Shown: positions 9,374-20,072 of the stretch, piece after piece | How the letters are laid out: each line of letters starts with the position of its first letter | How positions within the stretch are numbered: the stretch's first letter is position 1 | Assembly: GCA_963695345.1 (NCBI GenBank) | Contig: OY968769.1 | Span: 832,001-896,000, forward strand | From: an uncultured Methanomassiliicoccales archaeon | Lineage (GTDB): Archaea > Thermoplasmatota > Thermoplasmata > Methanomassiliicoccales > UBA472 | DNA length: 64,000 nucleotides | Reading direction: 5' to 3' | The notes under the pieces: generated by a model | Told to the model about the DNA's origin: nothing | Databases searched by the model: none | What the model saw: only the letters and a program-made list of their open reading frames with translations | Translations under genes and position numbers: made by a program

Positions 9374-11470
9374 ACGGCGCGCTCATCGCCACCGGCTTCG
9401 CCGACCAGCTGTTGGGGGTGGCGATCGAGAAGCATGGCTACGACAAGAAGATCGAGTACCCGGAGACCGCCTACGAACTGCCGTCCATATACGCCTGGGA
9501 CGGTTCCGAGGCGAAGAAACTGGGAGACCTGCCCGGCATCCTGGGCAAGGCGCGCGGCAAGATCCGGGAGACCTCGGACCTGGAGAGCGCCCTGGTCGCC
9601 GGCGAGGCCACCATGATCGCGGCCGAGATCATCGAGTCCCTGAAGTACCTGGACGATGCCAAGCCCTACGAGGGCACCATGTACACCGGTTTCGTCCCGG
9701 ACCGCATACTGCGGCAGCTGGGACTGGCCCTCGTCGACGACACCATCCCGGGAGCGGCGGTGCTGGTCGGCACGGCCAAGGACCCGAAGCAGCTGGTCAA
9801 GACCGTCAGGGCGTGCCAGAGCAAGGGCATGCTGATCTTCGCCTCCTATGATACCGTCAGACAGCTCAGGGACAACGGCATCCACATGGGATTGGACATG
9901 ATGCTCTACCCGGTCGGGGAGTTCACCCAGGTCATTCATGCCCTCAACTTCGCGATCCGCGCCGCCCTCTCCTTCGGCGGGGTGCAGAGAGGCGACCGGG
10001 AACGACTGGCCGGCTACATGAAGAAGCGGCCCAAGGTGTTCGTCCTGCAGTTCGGTCCGCTGGACGCGATCAAGGCCTCGGCCGAGTTCGCGGTGCTGCT
10101 GAACGGTTCCCCGGTGGTGGCCGACCAGATCCTGGAAGGCATACCGGACCGTTTCGTTACCCAAGCCCCGGAAAGCATGCTGCAGACGGCCATCGAACTG
10201 AGGGAAATCAAGGTGAAGGCGGCGGCCGGTGGACGTGCCGGTCGCCTACGGCGCGGCGTTCGAGGGCGAGACGGTCCGCCGACCGGACACCTACGTGGAG
10301 GCGGGCGGCGCCTCGAAGACACCCACCTTCGAGCTGCTCAGGATGAGGGAAGAAGCGGACGTCGAGGACGGCAAGATCACGGTCATCGGGAAGGACGTGG
10401 ACCAGATGGCCGACGGATCGTCGACCCCGCTGGCGATCGTCATCGACGTGTACGGCAAGAAGATGCAGGAGGACTTCGAATCGGTGATGGAACGGCGTAT
10501 CCACCTGTTCCTTAACTTCGCCGAGGGCGTCTGGCACACCGGGCAGAGGAATCTGAACTGGCTCCGCCTGAGCAAGAACGCCGTGGCCGCGGGCTTCCGC
10601 TTCAAGCATTTCGGCGACATACTCATCACCAAGATGAAGGAGGAGTTCGGCAACATCATCAGCCGGGTCCAGGTGACCATAATCACCGATGAGGAGGAGA
10701 TCAAGCGCCAGCTGCCGTCGGCCATGGAGGTGTACGCCAAGCGGGATGCCCGGATGGCCGGCCTGACCGATGAGGCGGTGGACACGTTCTATTCGTGCCT
10801 CATGTGCCAGTCGTTCGCCCCGGACCATATCTGCATCGTCACCCCGGAAAGACTGGGCCTGTGCGGGGCGATCAACTATCTGGACGCGAAGACGGGGAAG
10901 GAGATATCCCCCACCGGCCCGAACCAGCCGATATCCAAGGGCGAGACGGTGGACGCCGTCAAAGGCCAGTGGACGGGCGTCAACCAGGCGGTGTACGATC
11001 TCACGCACCATAAGCTGGAAAGGTTCAACGCCTACACCCTGATGGAGGACCCGATGACCTCGTGCGGCTGCTTCGAGTGCATCGTGGCCATGACGGCGGA
11101 CGTCCAAGCGGTCATCGTGGTCAACCGGGAGTTCCCGGGCATGACCCCGGTGGGGATGAAGTTCTCCACTCTGGCCGGTTCCATCGGCGGGGGCAAGCAG
11201 ACCCCGGGTTTCATCGGGGTGGGCAGGAAATACCTTATCAGCAAGAAATTCATCCCAGCGGACGGCGGTTTCCTCCGCATCGCGTGGATGCCCAAGGATC
11301 TGAAGGAGGCGATGCGCGGATCGCTGGAGAAGAGGGCGGCGGAACTGGGCGAACCGGGTTTCGTGGACAAGATCGCCGACGAGACGGTCACCACGGAAGC
11401 GGACGGACTGACGGAGTGGATGGCCAAGGTGGACCACCCGGCCCTGAGGATGCCGCCGCTGCTGCAATAA
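9352..11470 (+). CDS. acsB: Bacterial-type acetyl-CoA synthase with N-terminal domain; frameshift near 10225; first ATG at 9364 but homology begins earlier
   Basis: YPETAYELP and GEATMIAAEIIE (N-domain absent from archaeal CdhC); A-cluster CLMCQSFAPDHIC..PERLGLCG; PMTSCGCFE. Confidence 0.95.
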
Positions 11471-11490
11471 TGTTTCAGGAAGGTCATGAC

Positions 11491-12451
11491 ATGGTCGAGG
11501 TTCCAATCCCCAAGGAGAAGTGGACGGGCAAGATCGGCGTACTTGAGCTTGGCGCTTCGGCGGAGAAGGGCGGCTCCCGGGGGAAAAAGGTCCTGGTCGG
11601 GCGGCGAGCACCGGCATGCCCTTCCTTTCGTACGAAGGCACTTCGCCGAACCGGCAGATCATCGCCGGGGAGGTCATGGACACCACTCGACGAACTGCCC
11701 TCGGCGGTGGCGGAGTTCTTCGGGGACGCCGTCAAGGACCCGGCGCAGTGGGCGAAGGCCTGGGTGGAGAAGTACCACGCCGACGTCATCTGCCTGAAGC
11801 TGCTGTCGACCAACCCGGAAGAGGCGAACGTATCCCCCGAGGCGGCCGCCGAGACGGTGATGAAGGTACTGGCCGCGGTCGATGTCCCGCTGATCGTCTA
11901 TGGCTGCGGACAGGAAGAGAAGGACGCCAAGACCTTGGAAGCGGTCAGCAACATCGCGCCGAAGGAAAGGCTGCTGCTCGGCTACGCCGAGGAGGGGCAC
12001 TACAAGTCCATCTCCGCGGCGTCGATGGCCAACGACCACCCGCTCATCGCGTTCTCCAACCTGGACATCAACCTGGCAAAGCAGATCACCATCCTGCTCA
12101 CCGATTTCGGGGTGAAGAAGGACAACATCGCCATGGACCCGCTGATGGCCGGCCTGGGCATGGGGCTTGACTATTCCTATTCGGTCAACGAGCGCATCCG
12201 GCTGGCCGCCCTCATGGGAGACGGCATGCTGCAGCAGCCGATGCTGTGCGACTCCACCGCTTCGTGGAAGTCGGCCGAGGCGACCGACGAGATCGTAGGG
12301 TACGGCGACGCCGAAGGAGAGGGGTGTCTGGTGGGAGGCGACCACCGCCATAGCCGCCCTGGTCTCCGGAGCGGACATACTGGTCATGCGGCATCCAGGA
12401 GCGGCCGAGCTCGTGCGGGAAGCGCTGGACGATCTCAGGGGAGGGAACTGA
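11491..12451 (+). CDS. acsD: Corrinoid iron-sulfur protein small subunit; several frameshifts
   Basis: MVEVPIPKEKWTGKI, MPFLSYEG, DPAQWAK, DINLAKQ, GMGLDYSYSVNERIRLAAL. Confidence 0.92.
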
Positions 12452-13786
12452 ATGCCGACCGCCATCGAGATCTTCAAGCATCTGCCGAAGAAGAACTGCG
12501 GGGAGTGCAAGCACCCCACCTGCCTGGCGTTCGCCATGCAGCTCGCCAACCAGAAGGCCAAGCTGGAGGATTGCCCCTATGTCTCGGACGCCGGCAAGCA
12601 GTCGCTGGCGGCCTCCTCGGCCCCGCCGATCAGGTTGGTCAAGGTCGGGCACCGGCAAGGCCGACCCTGGAGATGGGCGACGAGACCGAGCTGTACCGCC
12701 ATGACAAGAAGTTCTTCCATCCGGTGCGCTACGCGATGACGGTCTCGGACACACTGACCGAGGCCGAGGCGATATCCAAGGTCCAGAAGGCCAATGCCAT
12801 GCGGTTCGAGCGGGTCGGACAGATCATGGCCCTGGACATGGTATGCGTCAGGAACGATTCCAAGGACGCGGGCAAGTTCGTGGCGATGGTCGACAAGGTG
12901 ATGTCGTCCACGGAACTGCCCACTGATCCTCTCCAGCGATGATCCGGTGGCGATCAGGGCGGCGGCTGCTGAGGATCTCGGCCAAGGTCCCGCTGCTCTC
13001 CGCGGCGACCACGGACGAACTTCGCCGAGATGGCCGCACTGGCCAAGGAGTTCAAGTGCCCTCTGGTGGTCAGGGAATCGAACCTCAACGACCTGGCCGA
13101 CCTGGTGGCAAAGGTCAAGCTGGCAGGCGTCGAGGACATCGTTCTGGACTTCGCTGCCGGGCAACCTCAAGGACCTGATCGAGAAGAGCACCATCATCCG
13201 CAAGCTCTCGGTCAAGAAGACGTTCCGCGGGCTCGGATATCCCTATGCTGGTGAACGCCCCGGACGGCAACCGCGGCATCACCATGGGACTGGTCTCCAC
13301 CATGAAGTACGGGTCGATCGTGGTGTTCGAGGACCTGCCGCCAGCAGATGGCCATACCTCTGTTCGTGCTCCGGCAGAACATCTATACCGACCCGCAGGT
13401 GCCGATCCAGGTCAAGCCCGGATCTGTACCCGATCGGCAATCCGACGGAGAACTCGCCGATCCTGTTCACGACCAACTTCTCGCTCACCTACTTCACCGT
13501 GCTGGGAGACATCGACAAGAGCAAGGTCCCGGTGTGGCTGCAGGTCGTCGACTGCGAGGGGCTCAGCGTGCTCACCGCGTTCGCCGCCGGGAAGCTGACC
13601 TCTGAAGGAGTCGTCCATGATCTGGACAAGTCCGGGGCTAGGACCAAGTCGAAGAAGAACGTCCTGATCATACCGGGCATGGTGGCTCGGATGGCGCCGA
13701 AGCTCGCCGAGCTCACCGGCATGAAGATCGTGGTCGGACCGAAGGAATCGTCCGGCCTGCCGAAGATGCTCAAGTCGCTCGAGTGA
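12452..13786 (+). CDS. acsC: Corrinoid iron-sulfur protein large subunit; several frameshifts
   Basis: LPKKNCGECKHPTCLAFA..CPYVS [4Fe-4S] motif; RQNIYTDPQVP; TTNFSLTYF; GLSVLTAFAAGK. Confidence 0.94.
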
Positions 13787-13938
13787 CACTCCAACCATCT
13801 ATCGATGCCTATGCATTATTGGCGGCGGTCCAACCTAGGTGATGCTTACACTAGCTGTGCCGATCAAGAAACGGTGAGTTGGCCCAACATATTAGCATAT
13901 CGATAGCGCCTTCTGCTCCAGGCCTGCGTTGACGGCCA

Positions 13939-14265
13939 TTATGTGATTACGCTCAGGACGGCGAAGATGGCGTACAGGGCGGCGACGGTGATCAGGGTCG
14001 CCACCAGGTCGGTGAAGATGCAATAGAGCCAGGCCCATCGTCGGTCGTCGTAGTAATGGAACTGCCGGAGCGAACTGATGAACGCCCCCCATGAGAATGC
14101 CAGGGCCAGAAATAGAAGAAAGAAGAAGGTTATCAGGCGCCCCTGGTTCTGCCGCGCAATGACGTCGAAGCCCTCAAAACCGAGGAATGAAACGGCAAAG
14201 AAGAAAGCGACAAGAGAGACTATCAGCAAGATCGGGGCCCACTGTATATTGGAAGAGTAAGCCAT
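13939..14265 (-). CDS. Hypothetical membrane protein (about 3 TM)
   Basis: Hydrophobic ORF with ggag upstream of the ATG; no recognised family. Confidence 0.55.
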   Translation of the reverse strand: MAYSSNIQWAPILLIVSLVAFFFAVSFLGFEGFDVIARQNQGRLITFFFLLFLALAFSWGAFISSLRQFHYYDDRRWAWLYCIFTDLVATLITVAALYAIFAVLSVIT

Positions 14266-14319
14266 CTCCGGCGAACACCTTACCACATCAGTTCATTTCA
14301 GGCTGATAATACCGTCGTT

Positions 14320-14730
14320 TTAATTTCTCTTCCGTTTCAGAAATCCAACGATACCCTTGAACTTCCCGGTATACTCTGCGTAGATCGACACCAGATTGAT
14401 CTCGATGGCGACCAGGGACAGCAATACCAGCACACGACCGAGCGCGTCGGAGAAGATGTACTCTCCGAGCAGTATTATCCCCATGAAGACCACGTTCAAT
14501 GACCTTACCAGATATCTCATCCTGAATCCGGGCTGCGCGAGCAGTTCGACGAATCGGAGCAAGCCGTACGTCGCCGTGGCCACCGCCGTCAATGCCACCA
14601 CCAGGTACTTGTCGCCCTGGTCGGACCCGGTCCAGATCTCGATCACACTGCGTGTGGCGACGAAGACCATGAGCAGCGCGAACCATGTGCTTGTGCGCGA
14701 CCGGTCGAAAAGACTAGCTAGTTTTCCCAT
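14320..14730 (-). CDS. Hypothetical membrane protein (about 4 TM)
   Basis: Four hydrophobic segments and a basic C-terminus. Confidence 0.55.
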   Translation of the reverse strand: MGKLASLFDRSRTSTWFALLMVFVATRSVIEIWTGSDQGDKYLVVALTAVATATYGLLRFVELLAQPGFRMRYLVRSLNVVFMGIILLGEYIFSDALGRVLVLLSLVAIEINLVSIYAEYTGKFKGIVGFLKRKRN

Positions 14731-14809
14731 CCCTATGCATTCCAGACACACGAAACGCACTATTCAATCTTTTGATGTCAACATAGGATCGTCAAAAGGA
14801 CTGGCTGCA

Positions 14810-15562
14810 TCATTTCAACGTACCCGCCAGCCCGACGACCGCCCGATAGAATTGACTGAGCGGGTCAAGCTGGACCAGTGGAGAGCCGGACACGGCCAAT
14901 TCCTCCACCTTCCGGTCGTAGGGCAGGTATGACACCGAACCGAAACCGGCCCCGTCTATCTCCCTCTGTACGACCTCTCCCACCGTTCCCTGGACCCGGT
15001 TGACCACCAGGACGCTCCGGCCCACCTCGATCTCCATCCCCCTTGCCAGTGCCAGCAGCCGCTTTCCCGTTTCTACCCCGAGCACCGTGGCGTCGGAAAC
15101 GACCAGCAGCACGTCCATCCTCTTCGTGGTACGTCTGGAAAGATGTTCCATGCCGGCCTCGTTATCTATGACGACATAGTCATAGGAGTCCATCGCCTCA
15201 TCGATGAACGTCCTCAGGATGTTATTGATGTAGCAGTAGCAGCCCCGACCCTCTGGCCGCCCCATGGTGAGCAGGTCGAAACCGCTTCCCTCCACCTTGG
15301 CCATTTCCATCTGGTAACGGACCAACTCGTGCTTGCTCAAGCCCGCTCCGAGCTCGTCCGCCCTCCTCAGCAGGTCCTCCCTCAGCTCACCGATGGTGTG
15401 CTCCACCTTCATGCCCAGCTTGTCGCCCAGATTGGAGTTGGGATCGGCATCGACGGCCATGACCACCGATCGCGTGCGTTCCGCGATGGCCTTGATAAGC
15501 AACGCTGACAGGGTGGACTTGCCCACCCCTCCCTTGCCCGCCACGGCCACTATGAAGGTCAA
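14810..15562 (-). CDS. cooC: CooC/AcsF nickel-insertion ATPase for CODH/ACS
   Basis: GKGGVGKS Walker A, DADPNSN, GRPEGRGCYC, DNEAGMEHLSR. Confidence 0.93.
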   Translation of the reverse strand: MTFIVAVAGKGGVGKSTLSALLIKAIAERTRSVVMAVDADPNSNLGDKLGMKVEHTIGELREDLLRRADELGAGLSKHELVRYQMEMAKVEGSGFDLLTMGRPEGRGCYCYINNILRTFIDEAMDSYDYVVIDNEAGMEHLSRRTTKRMDVLLVVSDATVLGVETGKRLLALARGMEIEVGRSVLVVNRVQGTVGEVVQREIDGAGFGSVSYLPYDRKVEELAVSGSPLVQLDPLSQFYRAVVGLAGTLK

Positions 15563-15565
15563 GGA

Positions 15566-16615
15566 TCAATCCTCCAAGCCGTACTTCGACCGTATCGCCT
15601 CGGATACCTCGACCAGAAGGTCCAGAACATGCAGGCACTCCGACTCGCTGAGCCCTCCGAGCCCGCATTCCGGGGTTATCATGGACTGCTCGAGCAGCAC
15701 GTCCCGGTTCAGACCCTTGGAGACCAGCTCCCCGACCGCGGAATCGAATCTGGCCAGTAGCGTGTCCGCTGTCTGGTCCTCAAACCGGTGGCTCATGTTC
15801 GGGATCAATCCCCAGGAAAGTATGCCGCCCCGGGCCAAGAATGCCTTCAGCTGTTCCGGGTAAAGGGAGACCGAGAACGCGTAGTTGTAAGCGTCGAAGG
15901 ACAGCAGGTCTATGCTGGTGGACAGCACCATCGGCCAATCGGTGTTACCGCAGCAATGGACCCCGCGGATGGCCTTGACCCCTTCGAAAACCTCATCGAT
16001 CCAGGAGATCACGTTGTCGCCTGAGACGGAGGCGAACGGAGTTCCGACGAGGGACAACGAAGGCTCATCCAGGAAGATGATGACCTTGTCGGACAGTTTG
16101 GAAAGCTGACGCTCCTGCCACCGGACGCACATGTTGAGATTCCGGCGGATGATCTCACCGTAGGCCTCATCGTATATCGCCGGGCGCCCGTTCTGGTCCA
16201 CGATCTGCAGGCCGGCGCTCACTGGCCCGATCACCTGCCCCTTCACCGCCACGGCCCTTTTCGGCAATTTCCGCCGCATCAGCTCATAGAACCCGGAGAA
16301 GCTGTCCTCGGGATAGGCAAAGCTGTCCACATCGTCATTGATGATCCGGTTGTAGAACTCCTCCGGATCGTAGTTGGTCAGGTCAACGGTCACCCGCTTG
16401 TTCTCCCGGTCTATGACCACTCCCGGAAGGTTCGTGGCGTACTGCGCGTACATGTTCTCCTGGAATCCACGGGCGGGCAGCTGGGGCCAGTAGGGGATCT
16501 CGTGAAGACGGTGCTCTATCTCGTCAAGTGCCTTGATAGGGTCTTTGAAGGGCATTGATCCGATGCAGGTCGGTGCGCAGTTCCAGGCCATGGCCCACTC
16601 TATTTTATCGGCCAT
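15566..16615 (-). CDS. Core (single-barrel, folate-independent) methionine synthase, MesB-like
   Basis: PTCIGSMP, WPQLP..ENMY, KGQVIGP, FLDEP, zinc ligands HCC and TPECG; about 350 aa with no N-terminal folate barrel. Confidence 0.8.
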   Translation of the reverse strand: MADKIEWAMAWNCAPTCIGSMPFKDPIKALDEIEHRLHEIPYWPQLPARGFQENMYAQYATNLPGVVIDRENKRVTVDLTNYDPEEFYNRIINDDVDSFAYPEDSFSGFYELMRRKLPKRAVAVKGQVIGPVSAGLQIVDQNGRPAIYDEAYGEIIRRNLNMCVRWQERQLSKLSDKVIIFLDEPSLSLVGTPFASVSGDNVISWIDEVFEGVKAIRGVHCCGNTDWPMVLSTSIDLLSFDAYNYAFSVSLYPEQLKAFLARGGILSWGLIPNMSHRFEDQTADTLLARFDSAVGELVSKGLNRDVLLEQSMITPECGLGGLSESECLHVLDLLVEVSEAIRSKYGLED

Positions 16616-16720
16616 ACAAAAAGGTTCCTTGCCGGAGATGCTGGACCGGAAAGAGTGAAGATAAAGGATTGGCCTTGAGGAAAAGGATGGGGCCGGTTCC
16701 CCCGGCCGGGGTTCGCTGTT

Positions 16721-17134
16721 TTATGCGATCTTCTTGCCGGAGTTGTAGTTGGCGCTCTCGTCCCATACACCGGTCGGCTCGAAGGTCCAGACGGCCCTTG
16801 CCGACAGTCCCAGGGGCTTCAGAGCGGCGTTGGTGCCATCGAAGAGCGGTCCGGAGGTCAGGTTGTCCTTGACGGTGGCGGTGATCAGATAGGCGCTCAT
16901 TTCCGAGTTGACCAGGATGCAGATCTGCTTGTTGGCCTTCTTGGTGGCCTCGAGGTTGGCGTTCGAGGTCTTCATGAGAACGGCACCGACCGATATCAGG
17001 TTGGGTGCCGGGGCGCCCATGCTCCCTACCCGGATGGAGTGGGGCGTTCCGTCGGCTGCCACGGTGGTCAGGACCTTGACGGACTTGGGATCGTTCAACA
17101 ATGCGGAGACCTCTTCTGGGAGCTTGACAGACAT
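16721..17134 (-). CDS. Pyridoxamine 5'-phosphate oxidase-like FMN-binding protein
   Basis: KVLTTVAADGTPH...KTSNANL split-barrel pattern. Confidence 0.7.
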   Translation of the reverse strand: MSVKLPEEVSALLNDPKSVKVLTTVAADGTPHSIRVGSMGAPAPNLISVGAVLMKTSNANLEATKKANKQICILVNSEMSAYLITATVKDNLTSGPLFDGTNAALKPLGLSARAVWTFEPTGVWDESANYNSGKKIA

Positions 17135-17167
17135 TATTTGCACCTAGACGTACAATGAGGATGCTAA

Positions 17168-17187
17168 TAAATAAGTATTATTATTTA
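17168..17187. promoter_or_regulatory. 7-6-7 inverted repeat (TAAATAA-gtatta-TTATTTA), candidate operator in a divergent promoter
   Basis: Perfect 7-bp arms in the AT-rich spacer between the FMN-protein gene and the HTH regulator. Confidence 0.55.
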
Positions 17188-17210
17188 ATAGAAACCTATT
17201 ACACCTTGAA

Positions 17211-17942
17211 ATGAACCAAGAAGAGATCGTCCAGCGTCTCGAGAGACTGAGGGCGGAGATGGAAAGCCTGGGCCAGGAACTGAAAAGGTCGAACCTGGAA
17301 AAGTTGTGCCTGGGCATGGACGGAGCCATCAAGGAAGCCCTGTCCAAGAACGGAAAGGAATTGCTGGACAGAGATCTGGACAAGATGAGGGACGAGTCGA
17401 CCTGCGAGAACAGGGACCGATGTCTCGATACCGTCGGCAGTATCGCATCCGAGGCCATGGCCACCTACCTGGCGGGAGATACCGAGGGAGCCTTGCATCT
17501 AATCTCTTCCCTGGAGGAGAACATCCGCGGAATCGCGTCCCCCTGCGGCGACGAGGGATGCTCCGCTGATTGCCTCAGGCTCATGGATGACGTCAGGGAA
17601 AGGATAGCCTTTTCAGAAAAGCTCAGGATGGCCGCCGAAAAGGGAAGACCGGTATCCTCCGGACCACCAGTGACCGCAGATGATGTCTTCCATTCCCTCG
17701 ACCCGCTCTCCCACCCGGCCCGGGTGAGCGTTCTCATGCTGCTCTCCCAGGGCGATCTCAGCTTCACCGAGGTGAGCAGGAAACTGAATCTCAGGACTGG
17801 CCACCTCCAGTACCACCTGAAATCGTTGCTGGACGCCGGCTATGTGAACCGCAAGGTCAATCGCGGCCCGTTCTCACTGACGAAACAGGGCTCGATCGTC
17901 CTGGAATCGGCGATGGACATGACCAGGCGTCTCAAGGTCTGA
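17211..17942 (+). CDS. ArsR-type winged-HTH regulator with Cys-rich N-terminal domain
   Basis: C-terminal PLSHPARVSVL..SFTEVS..GHLQYHLKSL; N-terminal CENRDRC and CGDEGCSADC. Confidence 0.82.
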   Translation: MNQEEIVQRLERLRAEMESLGQELKRSNLEKLCLGMDGAIKEALSKNGKELLDRDLDKMRDESTCENRDRCLDTVGSIASEAMATYLAGDTEGALHLISSLEENIRGIASPCGDEGCSADCLRLMDDVRERIAFSEKLRMAAEKGRPVSSGPPVTADDVFHSLDPLSHPARVSVLMLLSQGDLSFTEVSRKLNLRTGHLQYHLKSLLDAGYVNRKVNRGPFSLTKQGSIVLESAMDMTRRLKV

Positions 17943-18085
17943 TCTGGACCATATCGCCCCAAGAAGTCCCCGGACAGCCGCTGAACTTTGATGGCTTCAG
18001 CGTTCCCATTGCCTTCTGATGGATCCCGCCGAATTGAATCGATCAAGCGCCCGATCGGACATCGTGGGGGCCGTTGATCGTCCCA

Positions 18086-20025
18086 TCATCCCTTATGCGG
18101 ACGGATCTCCAACGAGGGGAACTGCGACTGGTCGGTGTGGGGGAGGAACGAGGCGGAAGTGAACCGGTCGAAGAACGAAGCGTTGGTGGTCAGTTCCAGG
18201 TAGGTCATGGACCGATGCACCTCCAGCGCCTCATCCCTCTTCCGCTGCGACATCAGGGCCAGCCTGGCACCTCCCAGCGAAGCGTTGCCGATGAAGCTGA
18301 ACTTCTCCCTCGGGATGTCCGGAAGCAGGCCTATGGTGATGGCGTTGTTCACATCGATGTAGTTCCCGAACCCGCCGGCCACGTAGACCCGGTCCAGGTC
18401 GGCGAAGGTCATGTCCACGCTCTTCAGGAGCACCTCGCCGGCCGCATAGACCGCAGCCTTGGTCCTGATTATGTTGGCCAGATCGTCGTCGGTGATCGTG
18501 ATGTCCTTCTTTGGCGGCGCCTTTGCCATCAGGCCGTTCATGGAGGGAGGTATCTTCAGCTTCGGCTGTCCGGTCTCGTTCGCCCAGGCGATTACGTACT
18601 CGCGGCCGTTGTCGGTCTTCCTGACCCTGTCCGTCCCAACATCCTGGATCCTTCCCTTCTTGTCCACGATCCCGGTCCGGAACATGCCTGCGATCAGGTC
18701 GATCAGACCGGAACCGCAGACGCCCAACGGTTTCTGGCCGCCGATGGTCGTGTAGGTCAGTCCCAAGGAACCGTCGATGGAGACCCTTTCGATCGCCCCA
18801 GGCATGGCCCTCATGCCGCTGGCGACCTCTCCTCCCTCGAACGCCGGCCCGGCGGAACATGAGCAGGAAGCCATCCAATCCTTGCCCCCCAGGACGATCT
18901 CGCCATTGGTGCCCACGTCGATCAGCAGCGAGACCCCGTCCAGGTCCCTCATCCCGCTGGAGATGACGTCGGCCACGATGTCCCCGCCCACATAGCTGGC
19001 CCGGCCGGGTACGCAATAGATCGGTGCTTCCGGATGGATCTCGATGCCCAGCTCCTTCGCCTTGACCGAGGGCGGGATGTTGGTCACCGAGATGTATGGG
19101 TCGTAGCGTATGGTCTTGGGGTGCAGACCCAGGAAAAGGTGGACCATCGTGGTGTTGCCGCCCACGGCCATGGCGGTGATCTCCTCCTTGCACACCCGGG
19201 TATTGGTGGCCTTGCACTTGTCCGAGTTGTTGCTCACCTGGGTGAGGAGTTGGTTGATGGTATCGATGACCAGCCTTTGAAGGCGGTCGAGCCCTCCGTC
19301 CTCGGCGAACGCGATGCGCGCCAAGATATCCTCCCCGCACATGATCTGTTTGTTATAGGCCGATGCCTGGGTGACCACGTTCCCGGTGGAAAGATTGATC
19401 AGGGAGAGGACGACCGTGGTCGTTCCAATGTCCAGGGCGATCCCGAAATTGCGGGACGTGGTGTCCCATTCGTTGACTTCGATCACCGATGGGTTGGCGG
19501 TGGATCGGTCCAACACCGCGGTGACCCTCCAGGCGGAACGTCTGAGGGTGCCGGTAAGCCCTTTCAGGACCTCCAATGGAAAAGACAGTCGGCCCAGTTC
19601 CATTTTCAATGCGCACTCGATGCGTTCCCGATCGCCGACGCTGTTGTCCAGGGTCGGGGGCTGCAGTTCCAGGTAGACCGCTGACGAAAGGGGCGATATC
19701 TCTTGGATCTTGGAGCCGAAATAGGTCTCCAGTATCTGCATCTCGTTGAGCCTGGTCTCCTCCGGGACATAGGCGATGGTATCGCCCAGCACCTTCGTCA
19801 TGCAGGCCAGGCGATAGCCCATGTTCCAGTCCTCGGGCAAAATGAGGTCCGTCTGTTTGGAATCGAACTTGCCGCTCACGATCATCCGGCAGCGGCCACA
19901 GGTCCCTTTCCCCCGCAGGCGCTGTTGACCTCGACGCCTGCCAGGAAGGCGGCCTCTAGAAGGGTCGATCCCGGTTCGACATCGACGCTGGTGCCCTTGG
20001 GATAGAATCTGACGGAAACGCTCAT
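18086..20025 (-). CDS. acsV: ASKHA-type reductive activator of corrinoid proteins (RACo/AcsV, DUF4445) with N-terminal [2Fe-2S]; frameshift near 19910
   Basis: CGGKGTCGRC..RLAC ferredoxin; DIGTTT, DVGTNGE, SAGPAFEG, GVCGSG, AGGFG, GNASL. Confidence 0.9.
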
Positions 20026-20072
20026 CGTGGTTCGAATTGATTACCTGTTATATAACCCAGGCGAATTGATTC

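Noticed and set aside
11062-12942. 626-aa ORF spanning acsB, acsD and acsC
   Set aside because: Mosaic of in-frame fragments and off-frame sequence caused by indels; acsB, acsD and acsC have their own stops and starts.
9364-13786. acsB/acsD/acsC as pseudogenes
   Set aside because: Catalytic motifs are intact, no nonsense codons were noticed, and the same indel pattern hits the Fpo operon; sequencing error is more parsimonious, though not proven.
7397-13786. Archaeal Cdh-type ACDS complex
   Set aside because: The CODH lacks the extra ferredoxin clusters of CdhA, there is no cdhB, and the ACS has the bacterial N-terminal domain.
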